A stretch of 49,030 nt of DNA, filler included, from Jimgerdemannia flammicorona (lineage: Eukaryota), in assembly GCA_003990765.1 (NCBI GenBank). It is 2 parts of 2 records of this genome, joined end to end, with 100 filler letters (N's around TTAATTAATTAA, not from the genome) between each part and the next. Parts side by side here need not be neighbours in the genome. Positions count along the whole stretch, not along the records: positions 24,567 to 49,030 come from RBNJ01000971.1; 1 more part is not named here. One strand, written 5' to 3'. A program made the translations under genes and the position numbers. Under the pieces are notes generated by a model, which saw only the letters and a list, made by a program, of their open reading frames with translations, ran no database searches and was not told the origin of the DNA. Numbering within the stretch: position 1 is the first letter of the stretch; every line of letters begins with the position of its first letter. Positions 24,567-36,789 of this stretch are shown here, one piece after another.

Positions 24567-26796
24567 GGGGTTCTTAGGATGGGGGGGGGGGTTGGGTTGT
24601 GCATCTAGATTTAGCCTCAATTTTATTGTACATGCTCAATCCGTCGGTCTTCCCGTCTTCCTTTTGACACAGCGAGCTCTAGTACTAAAGACTTGAGATG
24701 ACTGTGGGCAGTGTGTGCCCAGGAAGGGGCTCTTCTATGGACGGTTTGCCGGTCCTTCTGGAAAGACTGGCGACCGTTCCCGGTCTTAAGAAAGCCAACT
24801 GATGAGTCCCTTTAGCAAGGACGAAACCATTGTGGGGAGTCGGTTGTGCGGGTTTAGTTGGCGAACGTTGAGATGGGCGAGAAAAGAAGGCAAGCTATAT
24901 TTGAATGAGAGAAATCCGGAAAGCAGAGCCAGGACGAGGGTAGGCGGAACTTCATAGAAGAGTAAATGAACGTGAGTCCTCGTATACATAACATATCAGG
25001 AACTCTATAGTGATATCGACAACAATGCGCGCTCTCCGATCTATAGTTATTTCGAACGATGAAACACATTCTTCGGTCATAACAGTACGTCCTTTTAGTA
25101 ATTACAGATCTCAACTACATTTTTATACACATAATGGCTAGAAATCGCAGCATGCTTTCTCGTTGGCGCTGAAGTCCCTTTCGTGACCATTGTCACTGGA
25201 TTACCGCCTCTAATAACAAAATAAACCAAACCAAACCAAAAAAACATCAACACACATACACAATCCTGAGAATCGTCTCGCGCGTCGATGTATACCACGG
25301 GAAGTTTCTTTCCATTGCTATTGAAAGGTTTGGATTGAAGATGCGAACCCCGATAGAGTAGCAGACGGGGAGAGGGGGGGCGGAGACAGGAAAATCGGGG
25401 CAGCTTTGAGGTCGAAGGAAAGAGAAGATGTGCGCAGAAATGCGGTCCCGAATATTGAATATTGAACATGTGCATGCATTTGTCGACGGTAAGAAACAAC
25501 CGGAAACCAACCCAAAACATATCATACTGAAATGTGATACCAGGAGCGATCACGACACCGGTTAAGAAAACCGATTCAACTAGTGATTCATGCAGGCGGT
25601 ACTGGACAAACGGGAAAGTGCTAATCATCGTATCATACCCCTCAAGCGCTATCCTCGGGCGGTCTGGAAGAAGATAAACTTACCAGCCCCCCCCCCCCCC
25701 TCTCTTACCGGAGGTTGGCGTGCCTGTTGCTTCTCTTTCGGGGCCGATCGTCTATGCGGACCGGTATTATTTGGATGCAAAAAAATAAAATAAAATAAAA
25801 AAGTAACTCCAAATTGGTACCACCCTTCAGCGTGTTTTATAATTCCCAAAACCACGACACTGTAGTATATTTGGAAGACGGGTATTATAAATAGCTGTTT
25901 GCAGGGAGAGGTGGGTGCGTCGCACTCGCAATTAGATTTCCTGCGGGATTTGCTGAAGGGAGACCGAAAGGGGGGACATGTTTTGATGTTGACCAAATAG
26001 AAGGCGGAGAAGTTGTTCGCAAAGGATGGAGAAGGGAGGTAGCCAGCTCAGAGTTGGGGACAAAGAGGCTCGTCGCCGTTGCCGCGGCGCGTTTGGGGTT
26101 TCTGACTTTGCCCGAAAACCGTATTCCCATCCAGACCCGATCTTCGGTCATCCCCGCCAAAGACGCCAAGGAGTTATTGACCTCCAACATTTCCACAACT
26201 TTATAGTGAACCAGAGGAGAGACTTGGCCTTCCTACTAAACCACGAAAGCAAGGCCCGGGTATTTTGAGATCTAAACTCTTCGTTCAGCTTCCCTGCCAA
26301 GACAAATGCGCACGGCACTCATCTGGTATTCTTACACAGCAGACACGTAACGAACCACAAAACCCCAGACTTGTTCATCTCCCGTCGTCAGAAAAGGCCG
26401 CAGCCAAAAAGTCTCATTGAAATGCCGGCACCTAGGCTTTCGGGATAAACTGTATCCATCGTCGTGACCAAACGTTGCAGATTTATCTTTTGGACGATTC
26501 TCACACGCACCGCCGCAATCGTGATCTTTGGGAAATGCAAAAACATCGCTGTACATTACTGCATAAAGTGCTGCGAGGGGTCCGAGCTCGTTACTCGTGC
26601 CACGAATGTATCGAGCAGGGTTTACGCGGGTTTTGGTCCGAATGCATTGAGATTCGGTAAGGTCGTGTTTGGTCTGGTGATTCTCATTACAATTTTGTGG
26701 AAATAAGCATTTGTTGTGACGCATTATAATAGGTATTCAGATCTGCTGTTGAAAACTACGGCCCATTCGTTTTAATAGATGATTATTATTGCATAT

Positions 26797-27885
26797 CTAT
26801 GAACTCCACTGAGACTGCCATGCGTCTATACAATCCTCCGCGCACCATAACCATACTTTTTCAATGTGGTACCACGCACGCTCAAACGTGGGATTCTGCA
26901 ACGCGAGAATTACGTCTTCGCGTGAGCCCTTGTGGTACGGGAATCTGAGCCTTTTGAGCCCCTCGCTCGCGCCGACTACCAGCCGGACGAAGCGGAGTGG
27001 GACCTGGGTGCTGCGTAAGTGGAGCGTTCTGAGATGACGCAGGCTGACAGCCGTCTCATCAGGAATGTCGATCGGGATTTCGCCGTATGGGAGCGCGCCG
27101 ACCTCGAGGTAGAGGCGTAGATGGGCGAGGTTCGGGCAGTTGAAGAGGAGGTACTTGAGGAGGTCGGAGAGGACCGGGGTGTGGTTAATATTGAGACCAT
27201 AGCTGCCTAGAAGGAGGGAGTCGAGGTTTTGCCAGGATTGCGTTATGTTTATTACGTGGGGTAGGACTTCATTGCCGGTGATGTGCGCCTTGGTGATGTG
27301 GGGGCACTGCCGAAAGGCTCTTGTTGCGTCTTCGTCGAACTTCACGTCGTGTAAACGAACGATCCGCAAGTTGTCTCTGAGCGCCTTGATGAGTGGGTGG
27401 ACGCACACGCCCTCCAGCGTGAGTTGGGAGACGTTCTGGCAAAACGGCAGGATACGCGAGACGGTGCCCTCGTAGTTCAGGAATTTCTTGAAGGCAAGCT
27501 CTCTAGAGCCCTGAGCTAGTATCTCCATTAGTTCCCATGAACTCGACGAGAAGCATACACGAATTTTGTCAAAGGTCGTCAACCCTAGCCGGCGCGTCTC
27601 CTGCACGAGCTTCCGGAATCGGTCTACTTCCTCCAACTTCGGTTGCCGGAACGTCAGAGCCCGCTCGAGGCTCGAGAAGGAGATGGCGGCAGTGGCGAAA
27701 GGGTACCACGATTTGCAAACAAGGGAGCAAGACAGCAGGTCTAGTTGGAGGTCGCCGTACGTTGAGGAGACAGGCATGAGGGGTTTGAAGAATTCATTTA
27801 GAATTTCAGGTGGAATGTGGGCGGGTGGGGTCGCTTCTGTTGGATTCGGGAGGAAACCATCGTTTGAATGTGTTGAGGGAGACAT
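26797..27885 (-). CDS. F-box protein with C-terminal leucine-rich (RNI-like) repeats
   Basis: Long uninterrupted ORF. F-box signature IPPEILNEFFK..DLLSCSLVCKSWY; LRR-like CQNVSQLTL, CPHITKAHI, CPNLAHLRL, LRHLRTLHL. The first ATG (MSPSTH) at 27885 is taken as the start. Confidence 0.88.
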   Translation of the reverse strand: MSPSTHSNDGFLPNPTEATPPAHIPPEILNEFFKPLMPVSSTYGDLQLDLLSCSLVCKSWYPFATAAISFSSLERALTFRQPKLEEVDRFRKLVQETRRLGLTTFDKIRVCFSSSSWELMEILAQGSRELAFKKFLNYEGTVSRILPFCQNVSQLTLEGVCVHPLIKALRDNLRIVRLHDVKFDEDATRAFRQCPHITKAHITGNEVLPHVINITQSWQNLDSLLLGSYGLNINHTPVLSDLLKYLLFNCPNLAHLRLYLEVGALPYGEIPIDIPDETAVSLRHLRTLHLRSTQVPLRFVRLVVGASEGLKRLRFPYHKGSREDVILALQNPTFERAWYHIEKVWLWCAEDCIDAWQSQWSS

Positions 27886-28189
27886 GACAGCGCTGTCTTG
27901 TGTCAGTTGACCCGCACTCCAATGAATAGTCAAAGTGCGCAGTAGTGGGTGGTGACGAAACCTGAATATCCCCTTCTCCGGCTCTCGCTCTACCCTTCGT
28001 ATTGGAGTTGGATAGTATATTGAGATTGAAGTCACAGCACGACGAAAATAAATTCTGAAGAGTTCATTTTGTGAATATTTCTCAAAGAGAAAACAAGCAC
28101 CAATGCAAAAATTAATGTTTGAGATGCATGGCCAAGTTTATACAGCTCTTCGCCACGCACTGTCAAAAAAGATGGCTACTGCGCAAGTC

Positions 28190-28640
28190 CTGCCACCTGG
28201 AGTGGCGCCGTGACGCCATGACGTCAAACGCGTGACGATTCTATAGAGCCAACCCCTTCGAATTCTTGATATCTACGATTACCACAACCCATGTCCGACA
28301 CCATTATCCACGCACTGTCCAAATATCGCTGAGCCTGAGCGATCACCACACCGCCCGCTAAGACCTGTCCGAGGGCACCCTCAGCCAGCTTGTCTTCTCG
28401 GTGTCCACGGCTCGCGCGCCTCACCATCATCAGCGTTCCGGTTGCTCTCCAACTGCATTCTGGCCGACTGCGCGTTCCCTCCGTCGGCTGACTATCTTCA
28501 ACCCGGAGCAGACGGCTGACGGGCCAGGGCGTGACGGATCTGGGAAGATGAAGAAGGCTCGACATCCAGCACCGTCGTTGGTCGGCATGGACGAGGCCTT
28601 TGTGCAGGCCGTCAAGGAAAAGTGTCATGGATTGACTTGA
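28190..28640 (+). pseudogene. LRR C-terminal fragment of an F-box/LRR-type gene (other copies ~30420-30745, 34158-34510, 41150-41375, and 42455-42640 on minus)
   Basis: Joining frames gives LRILDIYDY..CPNIAE..DLSEGTLSQLV..RCPRLARLTI..LRRLTIFNP..FVQAVKEKCHGL*. Frameshifted. Confidence 0.6.
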
Positions 28641-28899
28641 GGTTGTTGATGTGAATCTGATTGTAGCGAGGGGAGGGTGAGTAGATCCATCCGATGTTTG
28701 AACCGTGGTCGTGAAGGATGAAATACCTTTTAATACGCAGATGAAAAGCGAAGGTGGCGGAATTTGCAGTCTTCAGAAAAAGAAAAATAAAATAAAATAA
28801 AATAAAACAATCTACTACTCCTCTCTTGTACCAGATTTTATTTGATCGAATTTAACTATATTATTGGTCAAAATGAAGTAGAAATTTGTTTGAAGATTT

Positions 28900-29235
28900 C
28901 CCAGGCCTCTCATCAATCGGCAAGTACCAGCCCCACCGATCTCACCCATCCAACTTCAAAACCCTACACTATGCATATATTGACTCAACAATCTTCAAAT
29001 CACCATCGAATTCCGCCCGCCTGCCCATAGCCACTAGCCTCTCATCCTTGGACGCGGTCATTCTATTGCGCACGTCGCACGCACGAATTAGCATGTGCGA
29101 GTTCAACTGGCAGAACCACTTTCGGAATAGATGCTCCCCGACCAACGTCGCAATGTTCGCCGACCGCACCGCCAGTCACGCTGTGTCTGGATCACGGCCC
29201 TCTCCGCCTATCCCGCCAGTCTCGGCGAGCTGGGC
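28900..29235 (+). pseudogene. Probable F-box N-terminal fragment (other copies ~34990-35350, 40850-41100, 41680-41900)
   Basis: Repeated block (ATCTTCAAA..C(G/A)AxTCCAACTGG..AATGTTCGC). The copy at ~40915 reads MSDTHLPSKLL / QTIFKILVRLHLLIVASLSHPW, which resembles an F-box. Confidence 0.45.
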
Positions 29236-29576
29236 AGTGGGAAACTATGTTTTGAAGGCGTAGCTGGCGTCCCCCCCCCCCGAAATGGGACCTCCCACGG
29301 ACATTGTTTGGGGTGGCATCATTCTTTGTCTATATTGTGGTTCCCCCGTAGGACAAGGTGATGAAAACAGTTTATTCCGAATGACACCGCCTACATATCG
29401 GGAGTGGTCCCGATCAGCCGCAACTGTTCCGGATCAAGTCTGATTTCCGGACTTCCTGTCCCGGATTATCACGGGATCAAGTTTTGGTCCCGGACCAAGG
29501 CCATCCCTGTCACGGGATTGATCTCAGGTATAAAAGCAAGTCTGATTTCCTGTCCCTATCGTAACTCATCCTCCCT

Positions 29577-30281
29577 ATGTCTCAAGAAATCGAATGTGGG
29601 CCATTCAACGGGCCTTTTAATTCCGGTCTAGCTTACCTTCATAACAATACACTACCCCATTTCAGGTATCTCCGCTGCCCTTATCCAACCTGTCCAAACA
29701 CTTTCAGCAGAATGGACATCCTTCAAGGCCACCTCAAACTGGAAACTCACGACAGCCTGCCACCAAATGGCGTCCTGATGGACCTGGTACCAAACGACAT
29801 ATTGATCGATGGAAGCACATCCGACCAAACATCCATTTTCCAATCTCATGGTGACCCACAGCCTCATGAAGATATACACACCCCCTTCGATGTCCTCCAA
29901 GCGTTCACCAACACAGAAATCCTTACCGACGTATACGTAGATGGTGACGTCATCGACCAAGCAACGTTCAATCCAGGGCCGACTTTTCCGTATCTCAGTC
30001 AACATAGCTCCGCTTTTCATGCCGATGGTGCGCCATACCCGCCGACCACGACCATCGCCCTTACACCTGATCCTGCGCAGCACAAACAGTGTTCTGACTG
30101 CTTTAAGAGGAAAAAGCGGTGTCACCTTCACATCACCAACAAGGCCGCTAAGCGGACTCCACCAGGAAAGGCATGCATCTGGTGCCGAATTGACAAGAAG
30201 CGATGTCAGGGCAACCCTTGTACTCGTTGCCTTTATCACGGCAGGTTTTGTTTCGGGAGCCGTACCTATCCTACTGCATGA
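29577..30281 (+). CDS. Small zinc-finger protein: C2H2 + CxxCx6CxxH + Zn(II)2Cys6-like cluster (copy Z1, intact)
   Basis: 234-aa ORF with CPYPTC-x12-H-x5-H, CSDCFKRKKRCHLH and CIWCRIDKKRCQGNPCTRCLYHGRFC. TATAAAA at 29529; AATAAA run at ~30376. Confidence 0.85.
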   Translation: MSQEIECGPFNGPFNSGLAYLHNNTLPHFRYLRCPYPTCPNTFSRMDILQGHLKLETHDSLPPNGVLMDLVPNDILIDGSTSDQTSIFQSHGDPQPHEDIHTPFDVLQAFTNTEILTDVYVDGDVIDQATFNPGPTFPYLSQHSSAFHADGAPYPPTTTIALTPDPAQHKQCSDCFKRKKRCHLHITNKAAKRTPPGKACIWCRIDKKRCQGNPCTRCLYHGRFCFGSRTYPTA

Positions 30282-31306
30282 AGGCTCGGTACGATTAGTT
30301 GCCCCAACATCCTCCATCACAGATTAGTGCAACTTCGCTCAATTTTCCTTGTTGTAGTAGCTTATATTATTTAGGAATAAATAAATAACCAGTTTATTAT
30401 CTCGAACGTGCTATCTACTTCACGTGGACGTGTGGAAGCGCGGCGATTCTATATAATATATCGCTAATCCTTACTAACCCTGAGGTCCTCGTTTTGAAAT
30501 TCGACATCTACGATTACCACAATCCTATGTCTGAATCTCACTGAACTACCGGATCGCCGCCGAGGGCGCCCTCAGGCAACTTGTCTTCGTACCCATGGCC
30601 CCATCTTTAGTTCTCCGACCACTTTTTGGCCGACTGCACGTTCCCTCCATTGTCTGATCATCTTCAATCCTGAGCAGATGGTGGATAGGTCAGGGGAGTG
30701 ATGGATCTGGGCAGATGAAGGGACCCGAGGACACATCCGCGCCTTGCCTTGTGCACGCACTCGAGCTTAAGCCGCTCGCACCGATTGCATGGGCCGTCGT
30801 CGTTGCCACCCATGTCGGGCACGCACCTTCGTCGCAGGCCTAGCAGAGATTGTTGCAGTTGCTGAGTTATTTTTGTAGTGCCTATTCAGGTGAGAGTTTG
30901 AAGCATGAAAAATCGTTTCTGGCCTTGTTTGGAGTGACGTCACGACCACAGAACGCCACTGAGGCTCACGCAGCCAATATTGAATTGAACTGGATCTTAG
31001 ACAGACATGGCCCGGAATACGGTGAGTGACCCAAACGGGGCCCGCTCGGCTAGAGGTCCATGGGAAAAAATGACAGCCCAGCTAGAATGCCATGGGGTTC
31101 CGGACGCGCGGCGGTCAGGCTCGCCCATAGGGGCGCCGGGTGCCGAGGGAGGAGGGTTCGGTCAGCCGCTTGATATTGCAAACCCTAACACGCATAGGCA
31201 TTACCGGCTTTACGTAACGCAGGAAACTGGGCTGATCGATTCCTCTTTTCGAGCAAGCTCAACATGGACCCTACCAAAGGTGTGCACCGTCTTACCCGGA
31301 TCAACT

Positions 31307-31340
<34 letters not shown>

Positions 31341-31487
31341 CTAAACCTCTACGTAGGGCCCTCCCCTGGGTGGCGCATAATATGGGCATCAATAATTATC
31401 TGAAACGCGGAGCGAATTTGCTCTATTTAACCCCAAATTTTACCGCCGCTCTGATTCAGATCACTCACCCTCGTAATTTTTCCTCCC

Positions 31488-32143
31488 ATGTCTCAAGAAA
31501 TTGGCTGTGGGCTTAATATGCCTTTTGATTCCAGCCTAGCTCATCTCCCTCACAACAACCGACTACCTCATTCCATCCTACCACCCCGGCATCTCCGCTA
31601 CCATTTTTCAACCTGTCCAAACACCTTCAGCAGAATGGACATACTTCAAGTTGAAAATTCACGGCAGCCTGCCACCGAATGGCGTCCTGACGATCGATGA
31701 AAGCACATCCGATCACACACTTATCTTATAGTGACCCACAGCCTCATGAAGATATACACACCTCCTTCGATGTCCTCCCAACACAGAATCCTTACCGACG
31801 TATACGTAGATGGTGATGTCATCGATCAAACAGTGTTCAATCCAGGGCCGACTTTTCCGTATCCCAGTCAACATATCTCCTCCGCTTTTCACGCCGACGG
31901 TGCGCCATACCCGCCGACCACGACCATGACCGCCGCCCTCACACCCGATCCTGCGCAGCACAAACAGTGTTCCAACTGCTTTAAGAAGAAAAAGCGGTGT
32001 CGCCTTCACATCGCCAACAAGGCCGCTAACCGGACTCCACCTGGAAAGGCATGCACCTAGAATTGACAAGAGACAACCCTTGTACTCGTTGCCTTTATCA
32101 CGGCAGATTTTGTTTCGGGAGTGGTACCTATCCTACTGCATGA
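31488..32143 (+). pseudogene. Zinc-finger family copy Z2 (frameshifts, deletions, stop in cluster)
   Basis: MSQEIGC start and YPTA* end are conserved. The ORF is split, with a stop after GKACT. Confidence 0.85.
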
Positions 32144-33253
32144 AGGCTCGGCACGATTAGTTGGCCCCAACAACAGCCTCCATTATAGATTAGTGAACTT
32201 CGCTCAAATCTCCTTGTTTTATTAGTTTATATTATTATTAAGAATAAATAAATAACCTGTTTATTAGCTTGAATATGCTATTATTACTAGTGGAGTGGCG
32301 CCATGCACGTGGGAACGCAACGATTCTATATTACCACAACCCCCTGTCCGAACCTCACTGAGCTCGAGCGACAGAGCCGGTGTGGGGAAACCGTCGAAGA
32401 TCTCGTGTAGAACCCATGAAGTAGGTAGAGGAGGGCTCGTACATGATGACCTGTGTCCGCTCGGCGGTCTATGGAGTGAGGAGGGAGGCAGGTCGAAGTC
32501 GCCGAAGATGGACTGCTCGGACGAAGAGACAGTGCTCACGGTGTCAGTAACGTTGCTATAGAGTTCATAGAAGGGGCCTTCTCGGACTCGGCTGGCCAGG
32601 GCAGGGCGGGGCATGGTGGTGGGTGTTAAGCATGAGGTTCTGGTTGAGCTATTATTGTGCGGAGGCGCCTCGAACTGTTGTTGCTGCTGTTGTTAGCGCA
32701 GGTCGTGTTCTTGGAATGCGGAATGGTGGTAGCAGGCAGGGCAGCGAAGCGGGCGGCGGGCTGGGAGGCTGTGTCCCGATGACGCAAAACCCTTTTGAGA
32801 ATCAGACGTTGGTCACGGGAAAATCACGTGATAAATTACTCGTGCAATTCGCATAAAAGGGAGTGACGTCATGACACAGGGCATGTTTTTTTTTTTTTTT
32901 TGGAATGTAATAAATAAAAGAAAGCACTATTATTTGCAGGCACTGGCTTCAGGAATGGCAGGGTTATAGAAAGGTAGCAAGTAGTGAGCGAAATGGCAGT
33001 GGGTACATGTATGCAGGCCGTCAAACTAACCTATAGTACTAATATATGGTTTCTAAGACGATTCCGGATTTATACAAAGTACATAATACAGGAGCTAACC
33101 TGTCTGAGGGAACTCAGCCAGCTTGGGGTGGGAAAATCTGATACCCTATGAGGCGGCCACTTTTAAAATGTTACGCTCTGGTGGCTTAAGTATGACTAAA
33201 AAACGTATCCCATTTGCGGAAATAGAAGTCACAAGGAGGCTGCTCGGTGGATA

Positions 33254-33304
33254 AAAGTCTGATTTCCTTTTTTTTTTTTTTTTTTTTTCCAAAGTCTGAT
33301 TTCC
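33254..33304 (-). mobile_element. Poly(A)-only retro-insertion with 14-bp target-site duplication
   Basis: AAAGTCTGATTTCC (33254-33267), T21CC, AAAGTCTGATTTCC (33291-33304). The paralogous site upstream of Z1 has one copy and no T run. Confidence 0.7.
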
Positions 33305-33330
33305 TGTCCCTGTCGTAACTCATCCTCTCT

Positions 33331-34017
33331 ATGTCCCAAGAAATTGCCTGTGGGCCATTCAATGTGCCTTTTCTTCATAACAATCTACTACCCCATTCCA
33401 GGCATCTCCGCTGTCCTTATTCAACCTGTCCAAACACCTTCAGCAAAATTGACATTCTTCAAGATCACCTCAAGTTGGAAACTCACAACAGCCTGCCACC
33501 GAATGGCGCACTGACGAACCTAGTACAAAACGACACATCGATCGATGGAAGCACATCCGACCACACACTTATCTTCCAACCTCATTGTAACCTGCAGCCT
33601 TATAAAAATATACACATCCCCTTCGATGTCCTTCAAGCGTTCATCAACACGGAAGCCATTCCCGACGCATACGCAGGTGGTGACGTCATCGACCAAACCA
33701 TGTTCAATCCAGGGCCAACTTCTCCGTATCCCTGTCAACATCTCTCCGTTTCCAATGCCGGTGGTGCGCCACAACTACCAACCACAACCACCACCCTCAC
33801 ACCCGATCCTGTGCAGCACAAACGGTGTTCCGACTGCTTTAAGAAGAAAAAGCGGTGTCCCCTTCACGCCGCCATCAAGACCGCTAAGCGGACTCCGCCA
33901 GGGAAAGCATGCACCTGGTGCAGAATTGACAAGAAGCGATGCCAGGGCATCCCTTGTACTCGTTGCCTTTATCACGGCAGGTTTTGTTTCGGGAGCCGTG
34001 CCTATCCTACTGCATGA
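33331..34017 (+). CDS. Zinc-finger family copy Z3 (intact, 228 aa)
   Basis: Full-length paralog of Z1 with all Cys/His ligands. Confidence 0.85.
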   Translation: MSQEIACGPFNVPFLHNNLLPHSRHLRCPYSTCPNTFSKIDILQDHLKLETHNSLPPNGALTNLVQNDTSIDGSTSDHTLIFQPHCNLQPYKNIHIPFDVLQAFINTEAIPDAYAGGDVIDQTMFNPGPTSPYPCQHLSVSNAGGAPQLPTTTTTLTPDPVQHKRCSDCFKKKKRCPLHAAIKTAKRTPPGKACTWCRIDKKRCQGIPCTRCLYHGRFCFGSRAYPTA

Positions 34018-36109
34018 AGGCTTGGCGCAACTAGTTGGCCCCAACAGCCTCCATTACAGATTAGTGAGCTTCGCTCAATTCTTCTTGTTGTATCAGCTTA
34101 TATTATTTAAGAGTAAATAAATAACCAGTTTATTATCTCGAACGTGCTATTCTATTTCACGTGGAGTGGCGCCAGACGTCTCACACACATGGAAGCGTGG
34201 TGATTCTGTATAACATATCGCTAATCCCTTCTAATCCTGAGGTCCTCGTTTTGAAATTTGACATCTACGATCACCACAATCACATATCCGAATCTCACTG
34301 AGCTACCGGATCGCCCGCCAAGGGCGCCCTCAGCCAACCTGTCTTCGTATCCACGGCTTGGACGCCTCGACATCTTCAGTTCGCCTACTGCTTTCTGGCC
34401 GACTGCACGTTCCCTCCATCGTCTGATCATATTCAATCCTGAGCAGACGACGGATGGGCCAGGGGAGTGACGGATCTGGGCAGATGGAGGGACCCGAGGA
34501 CACGTCCGGCACTTCTTCTTAGTACTTTAGTATTGCCAAACTATATTTAAAAATTATTAACTTCTCTCTATTTTGCGGCCATTGGTCGGGCGGGACGAGG
34601 CGCCGTCAAGGCGTGAAGGAAAGGTGTCTTGGGTTGACGTGGTGCCAGCTGGGAAGCGGGCGATGGAATGTGGGCTGGGAGCAGCACGATGGTTTGAGGT
34701 TGATGTGAATCTGATTATCCAATAGATTTGCTATATTTAAGAGGTGAGGTAGATCCATCCGATGTTTGGGTCGTGGTCGTGAAGAATGGAACACCTTTTA
34801 ATGCGCAGAGAAAAGCAATTTACAGTCTTCAAAAAAAAAAAAAAAAAAAAGCTACTGCTCCTCTCTTGTACCAGATTCTATTTGATCAACTTTAACAATA
34901 CTATTGAACAAAATGAAATAGAAAAAAACTCTTCATGTTTTCCCACAATGGGCAGGCCGCTCATAAATCTACAAGATTTGCTACCTATCACAAGCTCCAC
35001 CGACCTCACCCATTCAACCTCAAACCCTACGCCATCCTCCTCCAACGACCATGCCATGCACATCAGACACACATCCTCCTTCCAAATCCCGCCTCCTTAC
35101 CCGGACGATCTTCAAAATCCTCGTCAGATTTCGCCTGCCCATAGCCCCTCGCATCCTTGGAGGCGGCCATTCTATTGTGTACGAATTAGCACATGCGAAT
35201 CCAACTGGTAGAACCCCTTCCGCAATAGATGCTCCCCGACCAACGTCGCAATGTTCGCTGACAGCACGCAGATCGCCAACAGTCGCATAGCTAGTCGCAC
35301 TGTGTCTGGGTTACGGTCCTCTCCCTCCGCCCCCCCCCCTCGCCTGTCGCGCCCTAGGTGACGGGTAGGAATTGCGAGTGCACGAGAAGCCAGCACGCAT
35401 AAAAACATAGCGCGTACGGGTCCATCACTTTCAGGTCCTCGGGCGATAGGCACTGGAATACGTGTGACGCAGATGGCAGTCGGGAGCCACACATACCACC
35501 AGTACAGGCAGTCGTCGACGATGGTAGTAGCGTCCATCGAAAGTCGGTCTGGCAGCTGGGCAAAGACAAAGCGCAGGTCAGTAAACTCGTCCTTGTTCTA
35601 GCTAGATACAGCCGGTAGCCCTCCTCCAACGGAAATTCGGTGCCAGTTACCAGCCTTATCGCCTGCACTTCCTTCTCAAGCGACGCCAGCTGTCGCTGAA
35701 GCTTTGCGACGTCCTCGATCATCCGCGCCTTGCCTCCACACACTCGAACTGCTCGCACCAGTCGCACGGACCGGGCACGCACCTTCGTCACAGGGTCGTT
35801 TCTGGCCTTGCTTGGAGTGATTTTTTGTTTTTAAAAAATAATCGCGAGCCGGCGGTGGGAGACTAGAGTTATGGAAAGGTAGCAAGTATATAGATGGGGA
35901 TTGTGTAAATAAAGCCTCACGTGATCACTTACATATATGGTAATCCCCGGATCGGTGATAAAAGCACGTGAATGCGGGACTTGGTCGCTGTCAAAAACCC
36001 TCCATCTTCTGTCTGCCACCATCGCTGCCATCCCGTAAGACGGCTTTCCACAACCCTGCTGGCTACGCCTTCAGAACAGAGTTCCCACCACCATTCCTGA
36101 CCCCCAATT

Positions 36110-36563
36110 CCAAGAACACGACTCGCGCCAGCAACAGCAGCAGCAACAGCAGCAGCAACAATTCGAGGCCGCCTGCGCACAACAATAGCTCAACCCGAAC
36201 TTCATGCTTAATTCCCACCACACCGCCCTGCCCTGGGCAGCCGAGTCCGACGACGGCTCCGAAGGTCCCTTTTATGAACTCTATAGCAGCGTTTCCGACA
36301 CCGCGAGCAGTGTCTCTTCGCCCGAGCAGTCCGTCTTCGGCGACTTCGACCCTGCCGCCCTCCTCACTCCACAGACCGCCAAGCGGACACAGATCATCAT
36401 GTACGAGCCCTCCTCTACCGACTTTATGGGTTCCACCTTCGCCGACCTCCAGAACCAGATCTTAGACGGTTTCTCCACATCGGCTCTATCCCCAAATAGT
36501 TCCACCCAGAACCCTGCACACAACTCTCAGTGCGCACAACAACTGTCCCTCTCCTTCCCGTGA
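36110..36563 (+). pseudogene. PolyQ + acidic/Ser-rich gene fragment (copies at 39815-40275 minus and ~32370-32720 minus)
   Basis: QEHDSRQQQQQQQQQQFEAACAQQ*LNPNFMLNSHH..EGPFYELYSSVSDTASSVSSPEQSVFGDFDP..LSFP*. No family is recognised. Confidence 0.5.
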
Positions 36564-36789
36564 TCGCTAGAGCTCAGTGAGGTTCGGACAAGGGGTTGTG
36601 GTAATATAGAATTGTCATGCTTCCACTTGCGTGGCGCCATTCCACTAAGTAATGATAGTATGTTCGAGCTAATGAACTGGTTATTTATTTACTCTTAATA
36701 AAATAAACTGATACAACAAGGAGATTTGAGCGACGTTCACTAATCTGTAATGGAGACTGTTGTTGAGGCCAACTAGTTGTGCCGAGCCT

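Noticed and set aside
24567..26790. Short ORFs such as 25095-25628, 25885-26196 and 26332-26724
   Set aside because: No recognisable domains or convincing splice structure; a spliced gene cannot be excluded but is not supportable.
29652..30327. Long antisense and alternate-frame ORFs over Z genes (also 33545-34120, 36681-37260, 39112-39697)
   Set aside because: They are shadows of the GC-rich Z coding frame with no recognisable motifs, and they recur only because the DNA is duplicated.
31007..31516. 169-aa ORF with poly-Lys
   Set aside because: The poly-Lys comes from an A homopolymer; there are no domains and no TSD around the A run.
32262..32292. TAGC..GCTA mini-hairpin plus CTAG|T as a Helitron 3' end for the Z cassette
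   Set aside because: The stem is only 4-5 bp, CTAG is not conserved in Z1, Z3 or Z7, and no shared 5' TC terminus was found.
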